DNA of 64,000 nucleotides. Origin: Lentisphaeria bacterium (GTDB taxonomy: Bacteria; Verrucomicrobiota; Lentisphaeria; Victivallales; UBA1829). Made by a program: the position numbers and the translations under genes. The stretch is from NCBI GenBank assembly GCA_017615635.1, contig JAFZZR010000062.1, positions 12,123 through 76,122 of the forward strand, read 5' to 3'. The notes below the pieces were generated by a model. It saw nothing but the letters and a program-made list of their open reading frames with translations, was not told the DNA's origin and did no database searches. Each line of letters begins with the position of its first letter. Positions within the stretch are counted from its first letter, which is position 1. Below, one piece after another: positions 37,022 to 46,836 of this stretch.

Positions 37022-38632
37022 ATGAAACGCATCAATCTGTTTTTCCTGGCGCTGACAGTGACGGTCCTCCTCCTGTTTGCAAACTGGTTCGTCCGCGAAC
37101 GCATGAACACCATCATCAAGGAAGACAAGCTGGTGGATGCCGAATTCCTCGACAAGGGCGGCACGCCTCCGCTGGTCTCGTTTACGACGGTGGCGCTGGG
37201 CGGATTCCGCGGACTGATCGCGGACATTCTCTGGCTCCGTCTGATCGCGCTGCAGGACGAAGGGAAGTACTTCGAGATGGTCCAGCTGGCCGACTGGGTG
37301 CAGAAACTGCAGCCCAAGTTCGCCGGCGTTTCGGCCTACCTGGGCTGGAATATGGCATACAACATTTCCGTGACGTGCAAGCGTCCGGAGGACCGTTGGC
37401 GGTGGATCCACAGAGGGATCGAGACCTTGAGATCCGCCATCGCCATGAGTCCCAACGACCCGGAGCTTTACAAGGAACTGGGCTGGATCTATCAGCACAA
37501 AATGGGCAACGTCATGGACGACGCCCAGCGGTACTACAAGTACGAAATGGCCCGCGATTTGCTTTTCCTGTACGGGACGAGGTATCCGGACTGGCAGACG
37601 CTGGCCGATGCGCCCGTGACGGAGGCGGGTTTTCTGGAAATGTATCCTGCGACGCCCGAAAGCAAGTTCTGGGAAACGCTCCGGAAGGCCGGCTATGAAG
37701 ATCTGCTTTCGATCTCCCAGACATTCCGTTTGAAGGGACAGCTTCCCGAAAATCTCCGCAAGGACCTTCCCGAAAAGGATGCGGCCGCGCTGGACGCCTT
37801 CCTCCGGGCGAAATGGATGCGTGAACGGTATATCCTGGATCCGAAGGAGATCGTGGAGATCAACAAGGAGTTCGGCGATCTGGACTGGTTGATTCCGGAG
37901 ACCATGGCTCTGTACTGGGCATATCTGGGAATCAAGCACAGCCCGAAGGAGGAAAACGTGGATTGCGACCGCATGATCGTCCAGTCTCTGACGGTTTCCT
38001 TCACCAACGGGCGGATCCTTCTGCCCAACAATCAGGCGAGTATGAATTTCATTCTGGTTCCGAACCCGGCCGTGGCTCCCAGCCTGAAAAAGAAGATCCA
38101 GTCGGTCTTCAAGAGCAGCTACAATACGAAGTCCTTCCGCGACGGATACGGCAACTTCCTGAAGGACGCCATCGTGATCCTGTTCAGTTACGGGCGTCAG
38201 AAGGAAGCCTACGAGTACTACGAGGAATACTGCAAGGAGTACAGCAAGAAGAAACCCACGGAAGCGGAGTTTCTTCCGTTCGTTCTGGCCGAATGGGAAG
38301 AGGACCTTCGGGACGGCGGCTACAAGCAGGGAAATCAGCAGATCACGGCTCTGATCACACGGGCCTGCGAACTTCTGGCCTACGGCGACCGTGAAGCATC
38401 CGCCGCCCATCTGGCGCTGGCCAAACGGGCCTATGACAACTACTGCGCGAATTTCACGGAGGACCGGCTGAAGCTGCCGTCCTTCTCTGAAATGAAGAGA
38501 AGCATCACACTGAACATCATGGAGAATTTCCCCGACCTTGCGGCCCGCCTGAAAGCGGAGCTGGAAAGTCAGGAGGAAGACGCGTCCGGCGCGGCAGCTC
38601 CGGCCGGGACCGTGACGACGGGAAAAAATTGA
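37022..38632 (+). CDS. Membrane-anchored helical-repeat (TPR-like) protein of unknown function
   Basis: N-terminal TM MKRINLFFLALTVTVLLLFANWF. Helical-repeat-like sequence (ADILWLRLIALQDEGKYFEMVQLADWV...). GAAGGAG RBS. Confidence 0.7.
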   Translation: MKRINLFFLALTVTVLLLFANWFVRERMNTIIKEDKLVDAEFLDKGGTPPLVSFTTVALGGFRGLIADILWLRLIALQDEGKYFEMVQLADWVQKLQPKFAGVSAYLGWNMAYNISVTCKRPEDRWRWIHRGIETLRSAIAMSPNDPELYKELGWIYQHKMGNVMDDAQRYYKYEMARDLLFLYGTRYPDWQTLADAPVTEAGFLEMYPATPESKFWETLRKAGYEDLLSISQTFRLKGQLPENLRKDLPEKDAAALDAFLRAKWMRERYILDPKEIVEINKEFGDLDWLIPETMALYWAYLGIKHSPKEENVDCDRMIVQSLTVSFTNGRILLPNNQASMNFILVPNPAVAPSLKKKIQSVFKSSYNTKSFRDGYGNFLKDAIVILFSYGRQKEAYEYYEEYCKEYSKKKPTEAEFLPFVLAEWEEDLRDGGYKQGNQQITALITRACELLAYGDREASAAHLALAKRAYDNYCANFTEDRLKLPSFSEMKRSITLNIMENFPDLAARLKAELESQEEDASGAAAPAGTVTTGKN

Positions 38633-38648
38633 ACGGGGGGCGGGTACG

Positions 38649-41600
38649 ATGGCTGTTGATTTTGTACATCTCCACGTTCATACCGACTACAGTCTGCTGG
38701 ACGGAGCGTGTGCGATTTCCTGGTCCAAACTGAAAAAGGAGGAGCAGGAGAACAAGTTCGACATCGTGAAGCTGGCGCATCAGTATGGGATGAAGGCGGT
38801 GGCCATAACGGACCACGGCGTCATGGGCGGCTGTCTGGAGTTTCACAATGCGCTGAAGAAGGAGGGGCTGAAGCCCATCATCGGCTGCGAGACGTACATG
38901 GCGCCGCACAGCCGTCTTGAAAAGGCGGTGGATGTTCCGAACATCCGCGGTTTTCATCTGATCCTTCTGGCAAAAAACGCCGTGGGCTACCACAACCTCT
39001 GCAGCCTGATCTCCGAAGCTCATATCTCGGGCTTCTACTATAAGCCCAGGATCGACAAGGAACTTCTGGCCCGTCATTCGGAAGGATTGATCGGGTTGAG
39101 CGCGTGCCTGCAGGGCGAGATCGACGTGGCGGCGCTGCATTCGGGACACGATGCCGCGAAAAAGGTGCTGGGCGAGTATCTGGATATTTTCGGGAAGGAA
39201 AACTTCTACCTGGAGCTGATGTATCACGGCATCGACGATCAGAAGAAGGTGAACCGGGAGCTGATCGCCCTTTCCCGCGAGTGCAACGTCCCCGTGGTCG
39301 CCACCAACGATGTACATTATCTGCGGAAGGAAGACCATTACCCTCACGAAGTGATGCTCTGCATCGGGACGAGGACCACGATGGACGATCCCCGGCGGAT
39401 GAGCATGGACCGTCCGGAATTCTACTTCAAGAGCGGCGAGGAGATGATGGCCGTCTGGGGCACGGAGATGCCCGAGGCGGTGACCAATACGCTGGAAGTG
39501 GCGGAACGCTGCGATGTGACGATCGGATACGAGAATCATTATCCGGAATTCCATACGCCGAAGTCGTTCGACTCCCATTTGGATATGGGCGCGATCCGGG
39601 CCGCCTCCGTCAAGGAGATCGATTCCGAGCTGGCGAAGGAGCGGGAGAAGGATCCGGACCGTCCGGCGCCGTCGGACGAGGTGAGAAATCACCGGATCGA
39701 GGCCCGCGTGGTCATGAAAAAAGCGGCCGCGTATCTCCGGAACGTGTGTCTGTACGGAACGGGCGAAAAATCCGTCTGCGGCTACAAGGTGAAGTACGGA
39801 TACGATCCGTATGATCCGCCGCCGGACAAGAAGGAGGATGCGGCCCGGAACCTGGAACGCATGGATTTCGAACTTTCCGTGATCGAAAAGACGAAGTATC
39901 CCAGCTACTTTCTCTGTGTGTGGGACTTCATCAACTGGGCGAAGGAGCATGGCATTCCCGTGGGACCCGGACGCGGATCGGGCGCGGGTTCCATCGTGGC
40001 CTATCTTTCGGGCATCACGAATATCGACCCGATGAAATACGACCTTCTGTTCGAGCGGTTCCTGAACCCGGACCGCATTTCCCCGCCCGACTTCGATACG
40101 GACTTCTGCGAACGGAGACGGCAGGAGGTCATCGATTACGTGATCGGCAAATACGGAGAGGACTGCGTGTCCCAGATCGGCACCTACGGAACGCTGAAGG
40201 CGAAAGCCGTTCTGAAGGACGTGGCGCGAGCCCTCGGACGGAAGCCGGAAGACGGCAACCGGATCACGAAACTGGTTCCCAACGATCCGAAAATGACGCT
40301 CGACAAGGCCCTGAAGGAGTCGCCCGATCTCCGGCAGCTGCTGGAGGCGGAGGAATGGGTGAAGCCCATTTTCGACATTTCCCGGCCCATGGAACAGCTG
40401 AACCGCCAGATGGGGATCCATGCCTGCGGCGTCATTATCTGCAATCAGCCTCTGGCCTCTTTGGTCCCGCTGGGACGCGGCGCCCACGAGGAGATCATCA
40501 CCCAGTATGTGGCGCCTCTCTGCGAAAGCGTCGGCCTCCTGAAAATGGACTTTCTGGGACTCCGCACGCTGACGGTGATCCAGGACGCCTGCGACAATGT
40601 GTTCCGCAACCGCGGGATCCGGCTGGATATGGATGCGATCCCGCTGGACGATCCGAAGACCTACGCTCTGCTGAACAGCGGCGACACGGTGGCCGTGTTC
40701 CAGCTGGAATCCGGCGGCATGCAGGATCTCTGCCGGAAGTTCGGCGTGGAAAATATCAAGCACATCATCGCCCTGGTGGCGATCTACCGGCCCGGCCCGA
40801 TGCAGTTCATCGACCTCTTTGTGGGCCGCAAGAAGGGGACGATCCCCCTGGAATACGATCATCCGCTCATGGAGAAGTACCTGAAGGAAACCTATGGGAT
40901 CATGATCTATCAGGAGCAGATCATGCAGGTGGTCCAGGCGCTGGCCGGTTTTTCCCTGGGCCAGGCGGATATTCTCCGGCGCGCCATCGGGAAAAAGAAG
41001 ATCAAGGACATGGAGGCGCAGCACGACAAGTTTGTGGCCGGCTGCGAAAAGACCAACGGGATCCCCGCGGCACAGGCGGAAAAGATCTGGGAAAACATCA
41101 AGAAATTCGCCGAGTACGGATTCAATAAATCCCACAGTGCGGCCTACGCGATTATGTCTTACCGTACCGCCTGGCTGAAAGCGAATTACCGTGCCGAGTT
41201 CATGGCCGCGGTCCTCACAAGCGAACTTTCCAATGCGGAGAAGCTGGCGTTCCTGATCAACGAGTGCCGGAGCTCGGGGATCCCCATTCTGCCGCCGGAC
41301 GTGAATTCCAGCGATGTGAACTTTACGGTGGACGGAGAGGCCATCCGATTCGGACTCGGTGCCATCAAGGGTTTCGGCCAGGGGGCGTCCGCCTCCATCA
41401 TTGCGGCGCGGAAGGACGGACCGTTCAAGAGCATGGCGGATCTGGTGGAACGGACGGAAGGGATCAATTCGAAGGGCATGGAGGCGCTGGTGCGCTGCGG
41501 CGCGCTGGATTCCACGGGCCTGAAGAGGTCCCAGCTGATGGCGATCATCGACGACTCGATCAAGGCGGGGAACAGGAGAAAAGAGGACAAGGAGCGGGGG

Positions 41601-42395
41601 CAGGGAAGTCTGTTCGATCTGATTCCGGAGTTTTCGGGAGGTTTTGCCGATGTGCCGGTTCCTGATATTCCCGAATTCGACGATGCGGAGAAGCTGGCCG
41701 ACGAGAAAGCGCTTCTCGGCTTCTATGTGTCGGGCCACCCGCTCTCCCGGTTCCGCAACCTGCTCTCCACCTTCTCCACGGCCACCGTTTCCGATATCAT
41801 GAATATGCCCGCGGACGTCGGCGTGAAGCTGGGCGGCATGCTGGGCTCCGTCGTCAAAAAGTTCACGAAGGCGGACAATCAGCCGTTTGCCCTGTTCCAG
41901 ATGGAGGATCTGACCGGCAGCATCGAATGCGTCTGCTACTCCAGAGTCTACAAGGAGTGCTCGCAGCTTCTGCAGGACGGCGCCATGGTGTTCGTCAGCG
42001 GGATCACGAAGCGTTCGGACGAGTCGTCTCCGCCCGCTCTGATGGTGGACAAGATCATTCCGCTGGAAACGACGGCCGAGCACAACAGTGAAGAGTTCCA
42101 TGTGCATGTGTACGAGCAGGAGATGAAGGCTGATACCCTGACCCGTCTGGCGGGTTATGTCCGGAAGCATCCGGGAAAAGTTCCTCTGGTCCTTTGCGTG
42201 ATGACAAAGTCCGGCAAGGCCGTTTTCATCAATACGGCTTCCGAGTTCTGCGTGCATGTGACGCCGTCCTTCATCGAAGGCCTGGAATCGATCCTGGGGC
42301 CGGGCTGCTACAATATCAAACCCAGTGCCGAGGTCCCGGTCCCGCGGCCGCGGTATGCCTGGTCCGGAAAAAGAAAGGATGGTTCAGCCGAATGA
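38649..42395 (+). CDS. dnaE: DNA polymerase III alpha subunit
   Basis: PHP domain start FVHLHVHTDYSLLDGA. PGRGSGAGSIVAYLSGIT, FERFLNPDRISPPDFDTDF, GLLKMDFLGLRTL, and a C-terminal OB fold. 1248 aa. Confidence 0.97.
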   Translation: MAVDFVHLHVHTDYSLLDGACAISWSKLKKEEQENKFDIVKLAHQYGMKAVAITDHGVMGGCLEFHNALKKEGLKPIIGCETYMAPHSRLEKAVDVPNIRGFHLILLAKNAVGYHNLCSLISEAHISGFYYKPRIDKELLARHSEGLIGLSACLQGEIDVAALHSGHDAAKKVLGEYLDIFGKENFYLELMYHGIDDQKKVNRELIALSRECNVPVVATNDVHYLRKEDHYPHEVMLCIGTRTTMDDPRRMSMDRPEFYFKSGEEMMAVWGTEMPEAVTNTLEVAERCDVTIGYENHYPEFHTPKSFDSHLDMGAIRAASVKEIDSELAKEREKDPDRPAPSDEVRNHRIEARVVMKKAAAYLRNVCLYGTGEKSVCGYKVKYGYDPYDPPPDKKEDAARNLERMDFELSVIEKTKYPSYFLCVWDFINWAKEHGIPVGPGRGSGAGSIVAYLSGITNIDPMKYDLLFERFLNPDRISPPDFDTDFCERRRQEVIDYVIGKYGEDCVSQIGTYGTLKAKAVLKDVARALGRKPEDGNRITKLVPNDPKMTLDKALKESPDLRQLLEAEEWVKPIFDISRPMEQLNRQMGIHACGVIICNQPLASLVPLGRGAHEEIITQYVAPLCESVGLLKMDFLGLRTLTVIQDACDNVFRNRGIRLDMDAIPLDDPKTYALLNSGDTVAVFQLESGGMQDLCRKFGVENIKHIIALVAIYRPGPMQFIDLFVGRKKGTIPLEYDHPLMEKYLKETYGIMIYQEQIMQVVQALAGFSLGQADILRRAIGKKKIKDMEAQHDKFVAGCEKTNGIPAAQAEKIWENIKKFAEYGFNKSHSAAYAIMSYRTAWLKANYRAEFMAAVLTSELSNAEKLAFLINECRSSGIPILPPDVNSSDVNFTVDGEAIRFGLGAIKGFGQGASASIIAARKDGPFKSMADLVERTEGINSKGMEALVRCGALDSTGLKRSQLMAIIDDSIKAGNRRKEDKERGQGSLFDLIPEFSGGFADVPVPDIPEFDDAEKLADEKALLGFYVSGHPLSRFRNLLSTFSTATVSDIMNMPADVGVKLGGMLGSVVKKFTKADNQPFALFQMEDLTGSIECVCYSRVYKECSQLLQDGAMVFVSGITKRSDESSPPALMVDKIIPLETTAEHNSEEFHVHVYEQEMKADTLTRLAGYVRKHPGKVPLVLCVMTKSGKAVFINTASEFCVHVTPSFIEGLESILGPGCYNIKPSAEVPVPRPRYAWSGKRKDGSAE

Positions 42396-43915
42396 GAAGA
42401 AGAATGAAAATCCTGCTGCTGTTTCTGTTCGCGCTGACCGTCGGCATTTGCGCCGTATCCGGCGAAGAGGATCGGAAGGCGGCGCCTGCCGCCGGGACGG
42501 GCAGTCTGGTGGAGCGTCTGGAAAAAGGCATTGCCCCGTTCCGCAGCATGGATATCCAGCTGGAGACTCTGGATGATCCCGTGATCGCGAAGAAGCCCAT
42601 GGTGGTCTGTCATCTTATCTTCATTCGGATCCACAACTACCGGAAGGAGATCCGCACGCCCAACAAGGTGGCCGGACTGCCGGACGAAGTCACCTATACT
42701 CCGGAAGAGGTCCGGGAATTTGCCGATTTCGTCGTGGTGCCGAAGGAGTCTTCGTTCCAGGCGGCGAATGCGCTCCGGTTTACCGCGGAAGATTCCCGGA
42801 ACGTTCCTCCGGAGCAGGCAAAGATCGCATTCCGCAAGTACGGGATCCTTTGGAAAAACGTCAAGACGCCCTTCCATGTTTATACCTTGTATCTGGGAGA
42901 GGATGCGGAAAATCACTATTTCGGGCAGGCCAATCTTTCGGTTCTTCTCTGGTTCCGCCGGGCCTTCCGGCTGTCCGGCGGGGAATCCACTTTGAAGCTG
43001 CTGGGCGATGCCCTGAATGTAAAGGATACGGAAGAATTCACCAGCCGGTTTGCCATCGCCGAGCTGGCAAAGTACAAGAATGCGGCTCTTCCGGAACTGG
43101 AAAACTCCATCCGGTCCTCTCTGGAGCTGGATGTTCCCCCCTGCACTCAGTTCCTCTGCATGAAGATGATCAATACGCCGGAGGCGGACAGCATGATGAG
43201 CCGCTATGCGGATTCCGCGGACGAAACGCTGCTGCTCGGTCTCTTTCAGGCCTTCGAAGATTTCGTGGGGATCCGTCCTTCCCAGAAAAAGGTGTTTTTC
43301 CGGATGATCGCCAGCAGGATCGCACCGATGCTGGGGATCCAGGCCGTTCAGAAGGTCGGGCTGGAAAAGGAAATCGTTCCGCTTCTCCAGGCTTATGTCA
43401 CCCGGCCGCGCAGTTTCGAGGAGTATTCCATCGGGGTCCGGACTCTGTTCTCGATCCGGAATCCGGACAAGAAGACGCCCCATACGTCCGCCGCGGAACA
43501 GATCAAACTTCTGCTTATGCGCGGGGGCGAGCTGCCGGATACTTTGAATTTCACGGATATCAATGAATCGGAATTTTCCCGTGAACAGCGTCTGGCCAAG
43601 CAGGACGAGGAACGGATCCAGCCGTATGTGGATATTCTCGTAAACGCGCCGGAAAAGGATATCGGGATTCTGACCGCGCTGGAACTGGCCATGTTCCGGA
43701 CAAACATGCCCTCGTTCAGTCCCCGCAATCAGACGAAGGGCGTGAAGAACACCTATCTGTCCCGGGTCCGGAAAACGGGCGCCCTCATTCTGAGAAAATT
43801 CCCCCGGGATCAGGTCCTGCGCGCATTCAATGCCCTTCTCTCCTTCGTGGAAGATGATACGGAGCATCAGATGCTGGATACGGCGTATCAGACCTATTCT
43901 TCCACGCGGCAGTGA
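42392..43915 (+). CDS. Hypothetical secreted protein (507 aa)
   Basis: Start at MRRRMKILLLFLFALTVGICAVSG (signal peptide). Its ATG overlaps the dnaE stop (ATGA at 42392-42395). No family recognised. Confidence 0.7.
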   Translation: MRRRMKILLLFLFALTVGICAVSGEEDRKAAPAAGTGSLVERLEKGIAPFRSMDIQLETLDDPVIAKKPMVVCHLIFIRIHNYRKEIRTPNKVAGLPDEVTYTPEEVREFADFVVVPKESSFQAANALRFTAEDSRNVPPEQAKIAFRKYGILWKNVKTPFHVYTLYLGEDAENHYFGQANLSVLLWFRRAFRLSGGESTLKLLGDALNVKDTEEFTSRFAIAELAKYKNAALPELENSIRSSLELDVPPCTQFLCMKMINTPEADSMMSRYADSADETLLLGLFQAFEDFVGIRPSQKKVFFRMIASRIAPMLGIQAVQKVGLEKEIVPLLQAYVTRPRSFEEYSIGVRTLFSIRNPDKKTPHTSAAEQIKLLLMRGGELPDTLNFTDINESEFSREQRLAKQDEERIQPYVDILVNAPEKDIGILTALELAMFRTNMPSFSPRNQTKGVKNTYLSRVRKTGALILRKFPRDQVLRAFNALLSFVEDDTEHQMLDTAYQTYSSTRQ

Positions 43916-45021
43916 CGGCGTTTCTCCAGAAGCTCCCCGTAGAGAGTCAGATAGTTCTGTGCCATCTCGCGGTTCGTCACCAGCGTCTGCCCGGATACCC
44001 GGGGCGCGAGGAGTGCCTCCGAAACGGCTTCCGCCAGACGGACTCCGTCGGGATCGGATTCCATGCGTATCCCTCTTGAAAACCCCTTGTATTGAGCACA
44101 GAGCTCGGGCAGGGAGTCCACATCGGAACAAACGACGGGAAGTCCCAGGCTCATGGCTTCCGCCAGAGCCAGTCCGTATCCTTCATAGCGGGACGGCATG
44201 AGGAAGACATGAAAACATGTCATCAGGGATGCCGCGTTCTTCCGGAATCCGGCGAAACAGATCCGGAGTCCGGGGCACTGCAGACTTTTCGCCCGGGCGA
44301 GGAGTCTTTCCCGTTCCGGACCGTCTCCCAGAATCAGCAGGATCCATTTCCGGCCGGCGGGGATGCGTCCGGCCAGAGCGCCGCACCGGTCGAGAAGAAG
44401 ATCGTATCCTTTCTGGAAGTCCAGGCGTCCGATGGATCCCAGCACCGCATCGCAGGAATCAAGATCCCATTCCGCGCGGAAAGCCCGGAGCTCCTCCTCC
44501 GAAGCGGGAATGACGGGATCGGATCCGTTGCGGATGGTCCGGATAGAACCCGCAGGCAGGCCGCAGGCCCGTTCGTGAAACCGGGCGGAGGCGTCGGAAA
44601 CGGCGGTAACGGCATTCGCCATGGAGAAAGTCCATCTGTCCAGCAGGAAAAAATGCTTTTTTCCCCGTCTCCGCTCGGAGATATGGACGGTGTTGACCAG
44701 AGGAATGCCGCTTTTCCGCAGCGCAAGACGCAGAAGCAGATTGGCATGGATCAGATGCGCGTGAACGACGTCGGGCGCTTCCGCCAGCACCGCCTTCCGG
44801 ATCTTCCGCAGCATGCCGAGCTGCGTCTTCCTCAATCCAAGATACCGGATCTCCGCGCCGGCCGACCGGATCATCTCCGGGATCGCGGGTTCGGACGGCG
44901 GGCCCTGAAGACAGAGCACGGTGACCGAGTGTCCCAGGCGGATATATTCCCCGGCGAGGACGGCGACGATTTTTTCAGCTCCGCCGGCCCCGAGTTCCGT
45001 AATGGCGAGAAGGATTTTCAT
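43894..45021 (-). CDS. Glycosyltransferase family 4 (GT-B fold)
   Basis: Start at MKILLAITELGAGGAEKIV. C-terminal ...LMPSRYEGYGLALAEAMSLGLPVV (EX7E-type motif). Confidence 0.85.
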   Translation of the reverse strand: MKILLAITELGAGGAEKIVAVLAGEYIRLGHSVTVLCLQGPPSEPAIPEMIRSAGAEIRYLGLRKTQLGMLRKIRKAVLAEAPDVVHAHLIHANLLLRLALRKSGIPLVNTVHISERRRGKKHFFLLDRWTFSMANAVTAVSDASARFHERACGLPAGSIRTIRNGSDPVIPASEEELRAFRAEWDLDSCDAVLGSIGRLDFQKGYDLLLDRCGALAGRIPAGRKWILLILGDGPERERLLARAKSLQCPGLRICFAGFRKNAASLMTCFHVFLMPSRYEGYGLALAEAMSLGLPVVCSDVDSLPELCAQYKGFSRGIRMESDPDGVRLAEAVSEALLAPRVSGQTLVTNREMAQNYLTLYGELLEKRRHCRVEE

Positions 45022-45179
45022 AATGGGGAATACCATAGCGCTTTTTTTTGAAAAAAACAAATGGAAAATGTGGCAAGTTTGCAAAAATATGCTAAATTAA
45101 GACAAATGACGACACTGACAAAAAGTTCGGCGAGCCTTTTGTCTGTGCCGTTTGAATCGGAATCCTTGAGGAATCGAAC

Positions 45180-46283
45180 ATGTACCGTTTTCTGACGCTT
45201 GTTCTGCTTTTAGGCGTCGTTGTCTGTCTCCCGCTGCGGGGTACGGATGATGAGGCAAACGCTTATATACGCGAGGCGGACGAATTGAAGAAAAACGGCT
45301 CTTTCTCTTCCGCCGCCGAGAAGTATCAGGCAGCCGCCAAGTTCGCGGATTCCCCGGTCCTTCAGGCCAATGCGATCCAGAACGCCTCCCTCTGTTACCG
45401 GAACGCCGGACTGTACGGGAAGGAGTTCGACTGTCTGGAGACTCTTCTCAAGAAATATATGCCCTTTGTGGACTTCGAACGGGCCGTCATGCGGGAATAT
45501 GAAATTGCGAACGATTTCTACAACGGGCACCGGGATGTGGTTTATTCGTGGCTCCCGTTCATCAAGGATGCCGACCGGACGGCCGAGATCTATGAGGCTG
45601 CTCTGCGGAATGCCTCCTGCACGGAGCTTTCTCCCGATGCCAGACTCCGGCTGGGCGAGATCTACCTTTCCCGGGACGAATATCAGAAGGCCATGGCCGT
45701 GTACCGCCAGATCCTTTCCCTTCATCCGGATACCAAGGCCGCCCGCTACGCTTCTTTGGAGCTGGCCAATCTCTATATCGCGCTGGCACGCCGCGGCGAC
45801 GGGGACGGATCATGGACGCACATGGCCATGACTGCGCTCAAGGATTTCCTGGAGAAGTATCCCAAGGATCCCGAGGCTCCCTGGGCCCGGAAGGCTCTGG
45901 ATGAAGTCAATGCGCTGGACGCGGCCCGGATCTACTCCATCGGGCGCTACTATCACCGCATGGGGCGGGATGATCTGGCCAGAAGATATCTGATCCGCGT
46001 TATCCGCACGCACGGCGCCAGCGAGCAGTCCGTTCCGTCCGAGCGGCTTCTTTCGGAGATCGACAAAACGTATGACGCGCCTCCGGAAGATGCGCCCCGG
46101 GAGGCTCCTTACGAGTACGAGTTCGAACGTCACACGATCCCGATGGAGCGCAATCCCATTATGGTGGTTCCGGAAAACAGCGACGGGAAATGGCTGCTGC
46201 CCATTCGGGATCTGGCTCCCGATATCCACACGGACTCCAGGGAGGCCGTTCCTCCCGGAAAGGTTGACTTGAATGAATTCTGA
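45180..46283 (+). CDS. TPR-repeat outer-membrane-associated protein, BamD-like
   Basis: Signal peptide, then TPR-like repeats (YQKAMAVYRQILSLHPDTKAARYASLELANLY; FLEKYPKDPEAPWARKAL; IGRYYHRMGRDDLARRYL). Confidence 0.5.
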   Translation: MYRFLTLVLLLGVVVCLPLRGTDDEANAYIREADELKKNGSFSSAAEKYQAAAKFADSPVLQANAIQNASLCYRNAGLYGKEFDCLETLLKKYMPFVDFERAVMREYEIANDFYNGHRDVVYSWLPFIKDADRTAEIYEAALRNASCTELSPDARLRLGEIYLSRDEYQKAMAVYRQILSLHPDTKAARYASLELANLYIALARRGDGDGSWTHMAMTALKDFLEKYPKDPEAPWARKALDEVNALDAARIYSIGRYYHRMGRDDLARRYLIRVIRTHGASEQSVPSERLLSEIDKTYDAPPEDAPREAPYEYEFERHTIPMERNPIMVVPENSDGKWLLPIRDLAPDIHTDSREAVPPGKVDLNEF

Positions 46284-46797
46284 ACGATCCGCTGCTGTCC
46301 TTCTTTTTTCTCTGCTGCTCTGTCTGGTCCTCTCCGGCTGCGGGTATCACATGGGCTCCATGATGCATCCGCAAATCAAGAGCATTGCCATCAGCGACAT
46401 CCGGAACGATACCCGGGAACCGCTTCTGACGGCCACTATGCGCAATCAGCTGGCCGCCGCCTTCCAGTTTGACAATTCTCTCGCTCTGAAGGAAAAAGAT
46501 GAGGCGGACTGCATCCTGTACTGCCGGATCGTTTCCGTGGATGTCCGGTCGATCCGCGAAAGCAGTACGGACGCCGACCGGACGTACAGACCTTCCGAAT
46601 TCCGGATCACGATCAATGCGGAATTTATGGTGAAGATCCCCGGCAAGAGTGAACCTCTGATCCCGCTGCGGCCGGTTTCCAGAGCCGTGAATTATCAGTA
46701 CAACGCGGATCCCAATGTCGGAAAGTACTATGGAATGCGTCAGGCGGCATACGATCTTTCACGCCTGATTGTCCAATACACCACGGAAGCCTGGTGA
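46273..46797 (+). CDS. lptE: LptE-like LPS-assembly lipoprotein
   Basis: Lipobox LVLSGCGYHMGS. About 170 aa. Overlaps the upstream TPR gene by 11 nt. Confidence 0.6.
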   Translation: MNSERSAAVLLFSLLLCLVLSGCGYHMGSMMHPQIKSIAISDIRNDTREPLLTATMRNQLAAAFQFDNSLALKEKDEADCILYCRIVSVDVRSIRESSTDADRTYRPSEFRITINAEFMVKIPGKSEPLIPLRPVSRAVNYQYNADPNVGKYYGMRQAAYDLSRLIVQYTTEAW

Positions 46798-46836
46798 CGC
46801 GTTCCCGGCTTTCCGGATGAACCGGAGAAGAGTAAT

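Noticed and set aside
34160-42257. Two enormous minus-strand ORFs (34160..38410, 1416 aa; 38517..42257, 1246 aa) that would be the largest genes in the window
   Set aside because: They run antisense to genes with unmistakable family motifs (ABC ATPase Walker motifs, dnaE PHP and polymerase motifs). One spans four separate sense genes. Their translations are Arg/Gly/Pro/His/Asp/Leu-rich low-complexity strings with no recognisable motifs. Long stop-free antisense frames are an expected artefact of GC-rich codon usage.
45071-45083. TGGCA...TTGCA upstream of the BamD-like gene, reminiscent of a sigma54 -24/-12 promoter
   Set aside because: The GG and GC elements are 9 nt apart (G45072 to G45081). 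The TGGCACG-N4-TTGCW consensus has 12 nt. The spacing is incompatible with sigma54 recognition.
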